From assembly GCA_004431415.1 (NCBI GenBank), contig QPMI01000576.1, forward strand, positions 1-36,736: 36,736 bases of DNA, in the 5' to 3' direction. Below, in pieces: positions 20,043-29,699 of this stretch. Under the pieces are notes generated by a model that saw only the letters and a program-made list of their open reading frames with translations, had not been told where the DNA came from and made no database searches. Position numbers and translations under genes: made by a program. This DNA comes from Cyanophora paradoxa CCMP329 (lineage: Eukaryota > Plantae > Glaucophyta). The first letter of the stretch is position 1; the number at the start of each line of letters is the position of its first letter.

Positions 20043-22688
20043 ATTCCTCCTTCCGAAATTATTTTCTTCGTTAAAGGTAGAAGTCCCCCAAAATCGAAAA
20101 TGAACAAAATCGAGAAATTCGCCACCCTGTTGAAAATGCTACATTCCTTAGTACTCTCATTGGTGATCGCAACAAGGTCACCCATGTATTTGATTCTGCT
20201 GAAGATGCCCTTGAAGCCATTGATAATAGCAAGGTTAAGACCTGGGCTGAATGCATTCAGCCTGAACAAGTCACCAGAGTTTACCTGGACCTGGATAAAT
20301 TCGCTGATTTGAAGGAGAACATTGCTGAAAACTATGCTGAGGCTGAAACTGTTGTAAGAGAGATGAGAGATAAGCTATGGAAGCGATCTGGGACCACTTC
20401 GATTAACGATATTGCTGTTGCAGTTCGCCATAGAAGGGTTTATTTGATCAAGGAGGATGTCACCAAGTTCAAGATCTCAGCCCACTTTATCATTAAATCG
20501 CTTGCATGCAAACATGAAGATATCCCCAAGCTTTTCAAAGCTATGGATTGGTGAAAAATGAGGATTATGACAGTGGAGTTTACAGCTCCACACAGAACCT
20601 TATCTGCCTCAATTGCTGCAAAGGTGAGACTCTGGATGCTCAAAATAAATCAAAGAAAGATGTTGATAAAAACGTTTGCTTTAAGAAATTCGTTGACTGT
20701 GACAAAGTGTTAATGCGAAATGAGGACTTCTTTGTATCTTTCTTCTCAGCTTCTACTAAACTTGTGGATGAATCGAATATTTCTGCATTCGCAAATTATA
20801 GCCCTGAGCCAAAACCAGTTAAAAAGGAGCCAAAAAGTGATAAAGTGAAGACTGAGAAGGTAGAAGCTGAAAAAGACACTGAACCCGAAAATCCTGTTAC
20901 TTTCGAACTGCTACAAAGTGTTATAATGGGTCTGAACGGTGAGAGAGCTAATGAGTATAAAACTTGGATTGATGTAGGACTGGTCATCATCAATGTTGGG
21001 AAGACAACAAGTTCACCCCTAAAATGCAAGCTGAACTCTTCCACCAATTCTCAGAACAGAGTGACAAGTATGATTATGATGAATGCCAGGAGAAGTTTAC
21101 ACAGCTTCGCAGAAGCAAGAAGAAGGCTGAGCCTGGCAAAGTGTTGACCTTCAAATCCTTGGTTTATTGGTTGAGCAAAGATAACAATGAGCTTTTCAAG
21201 GAACTCTTCCCCAAAAAGTATGCATTCCTACCAGAGGACACAGATGAAATCGATTACAAGACTGCAAGTATCCCTCCTTTGGCTGAACATTACAATGTGC
21301 ATAAGAGGTATTTCAATGCTCGAATGCATCATGTTGAAAATGTTGGTTGTGTGATGCTCTGGGATGAACAACTACTTTGCTGGATGCCCAAAGATATTGG
21401 GAAGCTCTCTACAAAGCATTTCCCCCATTTGATGCATAAGGTGATTGTCAATGAGGGAACAGATAATGAGAAAGAGAAATGGGAGCAATCATTTAGGAAA
21501 TGGATTGTGGATCCAACAGCCACAAGATCAACTTACATGGATTTCCTTCCCCCTCCTGCTACTCTCAGTGCAAAATGCAAGTCTGTATTTAATCTCTATC
21601 CAGGAATGAAGGTCGACCATCAGCAATTCGAAAATGCTCCAGAGGATGTAACTGCTGAGATGATTAAGCCTTTCCTAGATCACTTGTTCTTAATGTCTGG
21701 TGAGGATCAAAATACCTATGAATATCTGTTGAAATGGTTTGCCCACATGCTGCAAAGCCTGGGGAACTCAATGGAGTATCCTTAATCTTCATTGGTGAGC
21801 AGGGAACTGGTAAAAATGTGTTGGTTGATACTTTCCAAAAGAAGATACTTGGAGATGCCCTAAGTTATGCAACTGGAAAGCCAAAAGAGGATCTGTTTGG
21901 TCGATTTGCCCACAATAGAGAGGATAAGATCTTGATTGTTGTGAATGAAGCCTCAGGCAAGGACACATTCGAAAATAATGATATGCTCAAAGATCTCATA
22001 ACTTCTGATAAGATTGTAATTGAACACAAAGGGATAGATTCATACACAAAAAGCAACTTTGCCAGGATTATATTCACCAGCAATAACAACATTCCAGTGA
22101 AAATTGAAGCTGGAGATAGGCGATTTGTGGTTGTTGAAGTTAGTAAGAAATTCGCAAAGGATAGGTCATACTTCCTTCCACTTGTAAAATGGCTAAATGA
22201 TCACTGCAATATTCGAAACATTGCCCACTATTTGAGAACCAAAGTTGACTGTGAGGATGTGAACTGGATTGCTGATAGACCCCTTACAAATAAATACTAT
22301 TTAGCCCAACAGGTGTGCGCTCCAATCATTCTTATGTTCACTAAGTGGCTTGTGGATCGAGGCTTAATTTCCGAGAATAAATGCAAGTCTGGTAGCCTTG
22401 TGGAAACCTGGAAGTGGTTCCAGGAGTTTATTACCAGCAATAAATATAAAACGATTATAATAGTCGCCGATATTATACTGAAATGAGAAGTGTTACATAT
22501 ATCCAAGTGAAAACTACAAATGGCAACAATACTATCATTTCCTATTCCCACAAGTATTTGAGGAATTCAGAAAGATGAAGCTTGTAGATGATGAGACTAT
22601 TGAGGAAGAAGCTAATCCAAGGATGAAACAGGACCTACCTGCTGCTGATCCTGATGCATCAGATTATGATTCTGATGTTGAAGTTTAG
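20043..22688 (+). CDS. AEP primase(-polymerase) - PriCT-2 - SF3 helicase fusion, frameshifted; start approximate
   Basis: AEP motifs VYLDLD (~20280-20296), KISAHFI and DSGVYS. PriCT-2 pattern YKTWIDVG...FSEQSDKYD...TFKSLVYW. SF3 motifs GEQGTGKN, IVVNEA, IIFTSNN and GDRRFVV. Confidence 0.9.
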
Positions 22689-22698
22689 GTTTACTCAA

Positions 22699-22876
22699 AA
22701 GTGGACTCATGTTGACTCAAATTTATCATAAAAGACCCAAACAGTCTTTTATTTATGGTTTATTTATCGATTAGGTTGACTAAGTGGGGGAGTTGACTCA
22801 TTTTTTCACAGATTCTAAAAAGGACTCTGCCCTAAAAGAAATAAAAAGTGCCTCAACTCCACCCACTAAGTCAACC
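22699..22876. promoter_or_regulatory. Internal iteron-like cassette, colinear with the inner TIR; candidate replication origin
   Basis: Inverted pair GGTTGACTAAGTGGGGGAGTTGA (22774-22796) / TCAACTCCACCCACTAAGTCAACC (22853-22876) around an A/T spacer, matching 28874-29059. The repeat is seen directly; the origin function is inferred. Confidence 0.6.
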
Positions 22877-22927
22877 AAAAAATGATTTAAGAGATAGAAA
22901 AATATATTTATATGTAAGTAGTAAGAA

Positions 22928-23277
22928 ATGGCTGGAACAGATCATGATTCTGGATCGATCTATATGATTGAGAGTGAAGAATTGAATAAAGTTTATATAG
23001 GGAGAACCTCACAGCCACTACAAAAAGATGGAGACAACACAAATCAGGTCAAATGCCATCTACAGCAGACCTATGCAAGGCTTCTGATGTGAGGTTTTCA
23101 GTCCTTTATTCAACTAAGAAGGGTGGGCATGAAGACCTTATGAACAGAGAAGCATATTACATGTATCTCTTTGAACCTTGGATAGTCAATCTACAAAAAC
23201 CGAAATCTCGATTTAGGATTAATAGGTTTTTGCGATTTCATTCAGAGGAAGCCAATGGATCCATTAAAACATTTTAA
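22928..23277 (+). CDS. GIY-YIG endonuclease (one missing A at ~23022-23026)
   Basis: GSIYMIESEELNKVYIGRTSQPLQKRWRQH...NREAYY...IVN after restoring one A in CAAAAAGATG. Confidence 0.82.
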
Positions 23278-23336
23278 ATTGCGTTTAGAACATCCTAAAA
23301 TAAAATATCCCTTAGAATAGGAACAAGTTAGGAATA

Positions 23337-26300
23337 ATGCCCGAATTACCAACAAACTCATAAGGGAGAAGAAATGGGAACTCATGGGATTGCTGGAACA
23401 CTATATGCAGCCCATGAAATAACAGAGGCTGAATATGACCGGGAAATAGATTTAATTGCAAGGGCAGACCCACTTTAAGCAGATTAACCAGAAAAGCAAA
23501 TAACCTATATGATAAAATTGAAACCTTGGATGAACTGGATAGGCTTAGGCAAATAGAACCAGAGCAGAAGATGGAACAGCCATGAATGAATTATATCGCT
23601 GGCTCACATACAGAGCCAGAAGGGAAGTTGTTGTAGATGTGATTGAATTCCTGGATAGAATTGCTACATCCTTCCAAATCGATTAAAGCAGGGTTTAGAT
23701 CAATTCAGGGCAATCAAGGTTCGCTTGTCTTTTATCTGCAAGTTCGTTAAAGTGAGCAATCCACAGGTTTGGATATCGAAATACATTTACAGTGATTACT
23801 TTGTATTAACCAGGTCGAGAAATATTCGAACTGAGCTGAATAAAGCAGCCCAAATGTGTCAGGAGCAGATGAATGTGGTTGATAGCTATCGCTTAGAAAG
23901 AATTGAAATACTCAGAGTGGCTATTATGAGTTATGCTCCAACTGGTGGATGCTTTCTACAAACCCCAGAGTGGATTGCTAGGAAGAGAGCCACAGTGAAT
24001 ATTCGAAATATAGATGATTCCTGCTTCGAAAATGCGATTTTAGCCTCGATTTACAGAAAATCTATTAACTCCCATAAGAGGAATGAGCTTTCACAATATC
24101 GCAAATGGAAATACTCAGCAATCGCTTATAATCCGCTGGCTCTCAATTTCGACAATATCCATTCCCTGTTGCCTGTGATGCTGAAATAATTGATAAATTC
24201 GAGGCTCAAAATGCAGGCATTAGCATTAATATATTCGGAATCGATGGAGAGGTTGTTTATCCCTGCATCAATCCAGTTACCCAGGCAGAAAGCATAAGGT
24301 TAATCTCATGCTGATATTTGATGATGAAGGGAATGGTCATTATATTACAATCATGTCCCTTTCAAGATTATTGAAAGTAAACCATGAAACATACAATGAT
24401 CAGAAGTTACACTACTGTGACACATGCTTATCTCGATTCAGGTCTGAGGCTAAACTCACTGCTCATGTGGACTCAAATAGATGCATTGATTGGAGACTCT
24501 CAAAGGGAATCACACCAAAACCTGAGACCACCATAGAGTTTGGACTGAAAAACCTCAGGAAAACTGTTTGGCTTCCTGTTGTGGTTTACTGCAAGATTGA
24601 ACATAGAAGCATCCCCATTGATGCATCAAAATCTAAGAGGGAAGTCTCAGCAGTCAACCTGAGAGTAGTCACTGGGGCAGATGTTCAGGAGTTTCGATTT
24701 GAGGGTCAGGATCCAATGGAGGTCTCTTTGAATGCTTGGAGTCCAAAGCAAGAGAACTAATCGATTTCCTGTTTACCAACATTCCTATGAATGAACTCAC
24801 AGATGAGCAGAAAGCAATTTACAGAGCTACCAAACACTGTTACCTTTGCAGTGAGAGGTTCACTAAGGAGAACTTCAAATGCAGGGATCATGATCACCAC
24901 ACAGGTCATTATATTGCTCCTGCATGCAGAAACTGCAATCTCCATAGGAGAATCTCAAAGCAAACCAAAGTTGCAGTAGTTGTTGACCAAATGGATGACT
25001 GTGGGACATTCATTTTCAGAAAAATAGCAGGCATGGGTGATAAAAAGCGAATCGAAATCCTTTCGAAAAACTTTGATCAATACCTTTCATTGCAATGGGG
25101 TCTTTACAAGTTCATTGATGCAAGCAATTTCATGGATTTGGAGCTGCTGATGTAGATGAGTTAATGAACAAATTCCAAGCCTTCAGAAGGCTTTCACACT
25201 CAGTATATGGACTTGACCCAGTTCATTATGTATCTGCACCTGGGTTATCTTGGGATGCTATGCTTAGGACCACCGAGGCAAAAATAGAGCTTATAAGTGA
25301 TGTAGAGCAATACGAATTTGTTGAGAGGGAATCAGGGGTGGCTTTGCAACAATGCCTTGTAGGTATGCTGAGGCTGATGGTGAGAACTCCCACATTATGC
25401 TGTTTGATGCTAACAACTTGTATGGCTACTGTTTGAGTCAGCCAATTCCAGTTGGTGATTTTAGATGGGAGACCGAATTCAACCCACAAGATAACAGATC
25501 CAGTTTCCTGGAAGTTGATCTGGAATACCCAATAAGGCTATATCTAGACCACAGTGATTTCCCCTAATTATTAACAAGAAAATAGTAGAATATGCGGAAT
25601 TATCACAATATCAAAAGAGCCTGTTGGATCTTTCAGGAGAAGAGCTTGATAAGACCCCTAAGCTAACTGCAACCTTTGGTTCTGTGGCAAACTATGTTAT
25701 TTCTGAGCCTCTTCTGCAATATCTGTTGGACAAAGGTGTGAAATTAAAGAAAATTCACAGGGTCCTCTCATTTACTGTGGCTCCTGTAATGAAACCCTAC
25801 ATTGAGCTGAATACTGAGATGAGAAGGAAAGCAGTGAATAAATTCGAGGCTGATTTCTATAAACTCATGAATAACTCAATCTATGGGAAATGCATTGAAT
25901 CTTGCAGAGGTAGATCTGTGGTTAAGATTGCAAACAGTGAGAAACTGTTTATGAAATATGCAGCTTCCCCATTGGTGAAATCAACAAGTCCCATAAACGA
26001 AAAAGCAGTTGCCTTTGAGTTTACACAAAGCATGTGAAACTAGATAAGCCTGTTGCAATTGGGCTTATGTTTTGGATGCAGCCAAACTGCATAATTACCA
26101 GTTCTTCTATGATACTGTAAGGTCCCAATGGACAAAAGCAAAGTTACTATTCCATGATACTGACTCCTTCTGTCTATATATTGAATCTAAGACCTTACAA
26201 AAAGATATAGAGAATATATCTTATGCCTTGGACCTAGGGGATCTAACAGAATGACCCCAGGTAAATACAAAAATGAAATGCCTGGCTCTGCAATATTGGA

Positions 26301-26566
26301 GTATGTAGGTCTGAGAGCAAAGTTTACAGTTTCAGAACTGCTGAGATTGAGAGGAGTAAGCTCTCTGGGACTTCCACTGAGGAACTCCAATTTAATGATT
26401 TTAAGCAGTGTTTATTTGCAGGTATCAGCAAGACTGTGACTGCAAAGCAGAAGAGAAGGCAGATCACACAATAATAGATACCGTGAGTAGAAGGGTTGCC
26501 CTAAACTGCTTTGATGCAAAGAGATACATCTTACCAGATGGTATTAATTCTGTTCCTTTTAATTAA
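23337..26566 (+). CDS. Polinton-type protein-primed family B DNA polymerase with EndoVII-like insert, frameshifted
   Basis: TPEWIARKRATVNIRNIDDSCF; GHYITIMSLSRL; CYLC...RDHDHHTG...ACRNCN; YGLDPVHYVSAPGLSWDAML; motif A FDANNLYG; motif B KLMNNSIYGK; motif C HDTDS; C-terminal FDAKRYILPDG. Confidence 0.92.
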
Positions 26567-26569
26567 GAG

Positions 26570-27825
26570 ATGCCAGCAACTGGAAGAATAGTTAGGAGAA
26601 CCACTGAGCAACTACAAGGTAACCTACTGCCTATCACAGTTCCAAAGGAGGAAAAAGGGGAATCTCGAATTGTCAAAAAATCAGAGATGAAAGAGCTTGT
26701 CCTGTGGAGATCCAGTTGCTATTGCAGTGAAAGAAACTAGCAAGATTGCCAAGAGATTCTATGATGTGAGGACTGGTTACAAAGGGCTTCAAGCTATGAG
26801 GGCTGAGTTACCAGATGAATCCTATAAGCAGTTGCAAGAGTTCTATAAAAAACAAGAGGTAGTTCAGATCAATGCACCTGCTATATCTAGGAAGAGAGAT
26901 CCCATGGTTCCAATAAGGCAACCCCTTGATACCTATGTGATTGATTTGCTCTTTTTCCCAGCTTATAAGAAACAAAACAATGGCTATGATACCTTTATGA
27001 CTGCTATGGAATCAACACTGAGAACTGGATATATCATACCTATAAGAGATAAATCAGCTCTCACTACATTAGCTGCATTTAAGCAGCTTGAAATGAGAGT
27101 GGCAAGACCCATAGTAAAAGTTCAATCAGATGCTGGAGTGAGTTCCAAAATCGAATATTCCAGGAGTATTTATCTAGTAAATTCATAGAACACCAAGTGA
27201 GTGGAACTGCTGACCATAGAAGCCAAGGTCGAATTGAAGCCTTTAACAAGCAGATTAAGAGACTGATCACAAACTACTGCATAGCTAATAACACAGCTAG
27301 ATTCTTTGATGTGTTAGGTGATATTGAGTATAATTACAATAATACAGTTCACTCAGCTACTAAGATGAAGCCAGGCGAAACTACAGAGGAGCATTATAGG
27401 TATATAGTGGGATTAGAAGATGAAAGATTCAAGAAATCAATAGCTTACCTTGATACCATGCAGCCAGGCATGTTTGTTAGAGTGAAAGTTGAGAAAAATG
27501 CCTTTGCTAAACAGGGTAACAATTGGTCTAGGATGGTTTACACTGTTGATAGTAGGGAAGGCTTTAAGTTTAAGCTAAGGAGTCCACTGGTGAGATCATA
27601 GAAAACAGGTTTGCTTTCCATGAGCTGTTACCTGTGAATTCAGTTGAGTATCTGGAAACACCTACAGTGGATGCATTAGAGCAAGCCAAAGAGGAAGCCA
27701 AGGTTGATGCTGCTATAAGGAGAGAAGGCATAGAAGCTGCTAATGAAGTCCCAGATAAGCCTTTGATAGAGGCTAGAAAGGAGAAGACTGGCAAGGTTAA
27801 TAGGGAACTCAAAAGCTCACTATAG
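26570..27825 (+). CDS. Retroviral-like (rve, DDE) integrase of Polinton type, frameshifted
   Basis: YVIDL (D1), VQSDAGSEF (D2, after frameshift correction), GRIEAFNKQIK (E), YNNTVHSATKMKP, GMFVRV...FAK..NWSRMVYTV. Confidence 0.93.
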
Positions 27826-28850
27826 CAGGACACAGAAACTTTCTGAGGTTAATAGCCAGAGATGGTATAATGACTTTCAGACTACTAAGGAGTCATATAC
27901 AGCCCCTAAACCTCAGAGAACACTAAGAGAAAGGACCAAAACTAGCTAGTTTGCTAGGCAAAAACTCGTTTTTTCCAAATATATGTATGACTGATATACA
28001 TATATGCACATGATATACACATAGTCTTGTAGATCTTATCAAGCGCTTCACAGCGATATGCAGAACGTTGCGTTTTGATGATCTGGTGATGAGATATAAC
28101 AGTTTGAAGATGCAAAAGTCACTTGCCATAGTAGACTTGGTGAAACACTAGCCCAGGAGTCGACTAGATGGCAAGCCGTTTTTGGCTCAGAGAATAAAGC
28201 GCTAGATTACTGACTCAGAACTACGAGGCTCAAATCCGACCGGGAACCTTTACTTCGTTCGCCGTGAAACTTGAAAAGAAAAAAAAAACGCGGTTTTTTC
28301 TAGATTAATGCTGTACCCGTCTAGAAACTCACTATTGCTACGATATCTCAACACCACATGCTCAAATCGATGCGCTTAAAACGTCATAAAATCGAGCATT
28401 TTAAGCGGTCACAGCGCTACTATCACATCTAGGATTTTCGATACCTGTGACTCCAAATCGCGATGAAACCGATTTTGAATTTTGATTTAAATTCGATTAA
28501 AATCCATTAAACGTGAGTTTTTAATACAGATCACCAGGAAGTTATCAAATCGATACACCAACGATTCAATATAATCACCAATATCATACATAACAATAAA
28601 TTGCAATCACATCTACGAATCTCGATGTGTATACATCGCTATTACGATTAAACCGATTTTGAAAATTCAAAACTAATTCGATTAAATTCGATTATAACGA
28701 AAGAGTTAAAGATCTACATCAAATACTTATCAACTCAATCACCTGATAACATCGAATAATCAACCCAAATCTACTTTAGAGATAATCGTGATTACATATG
28801 TGAAATCATCAATCTAACACTGCATTTAGTAAGCATCTCCCCTTGATTCC

Positions 28851-29658
28851 CCCTATTATATTATATTATATTTAAGTGGACTCAAGGTTGACTCATATTA
28901 ATCGTAAAAGTAGTAATAGTATATGGATTTTGTTACGAATTCAATGCAAGGGTTGACTAAGTGGGTTGAGTTGACTCAAATTTCACAGGAAATATTTGGG
29001 ACCTAAAGTTTTCTAAAAAGGATTTCAAAAAATGTGTCAACTCCCCCACTTAGTCAACCCTGACCATAAACAGTAAGGATTGAGCTAACATGTATCACAA
29101 AGTGAACATTTTGAGTCCACTTAGAAGATCCACTTTTGAAATCCAAGTTGATTTTGCTTGAAATTTCAAAGTTGATCTAAAAGTGAGTCCACCCTGATTG
29201 ATTATGGTAACAAAGTTGACTAAGTTGACTAAGTTGAGTCATCTTAAGAAATTCAAAGAGACTAAGAGTTCAAAATGTTTATGAAAAGTGAGTCAACTTA
29301 GACCACTTCTGATAACAAAGTTAAATATTTAATTGATTTAATCGGAAAAGAACATGATTTAATCGAATTTATTGATATAATTCCGATTAGATTCATTTAG
29401 GATTCAATTAAGATCAATCGAAGTTATTGATATAATTCCGATTAACTACAATTAAGATACAATATCGATTAATCGAGTTTATCGATATAACATCGATTAA
29501 ATTAATTGAAAATGCATGTAAAAATATGAAAATTCAGGTGAAAATTCAAATAAATTAATCGATTTTATTGATATAACATCGAATCACACATATGAATATT
29601 CATATTTTAATCCTGAGGCGGAACGCCGAGGGATTAAAATATGAATATTCATATGTGT
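28851..29658 (-). repeat. Right terminal inverted repeat (~808 bp)
   Basis: Starts CCCTATTATATTATATTATATTTAAGTGGACTC, the reverse complement of the left TIR inner end. Differs from the left copy mainly by single-base indels. Confidence 0.95.
29586..29658. repeat. Right terminal palindrome/hairpin (perfect 28-bp stem)
   Basis: 29586-29613 is the exact reverse complement of 29631-29658. The 17-nt loop contains GGCG-GAA-CGCC. Confidence 0.92.
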
Positions 29659-29664
29659 ATCATC
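29659..29664 (+). repeat. Right 6-bp target-site duplication ATCATC
   Basis: Matches 1394-1399 exactly. Confidence 0.93.
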
Positions 29665-29699
29665 TGGCATGCACATGTGCATGCCTCTTGTGCGCGCGC

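Larger units (their letters stand above)
1400..29658. mobile_element. Complete endogenous Polinton-like virus / Maverick-type element (~28.3 kb)
   Basis: Sharp AT-rich island in GC-rich flanks. Ends are reverse complements (ACACATATGAATATTC... at 1400; ...GAATATTCATATGTGT at 29658). ATCATC duplication on both sides. Carries MCP, mCP, A32 ATPase, pPolB-like and rve integrase genes. Confidence 0.96.

Noticed and set aside
17329-27825. Programmed frameshifting or pseudogene status of ATPase, helicase, PolB and integrase
   Set aside because: Breaks are numerous and homopolymer-associated, and the same indel noise appears in the non-coding TIRs.
27923-28129. Small minus-strand ORF after the integrase
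   Set aside because: Short, no motif and no conserved upstream element; unsupported.
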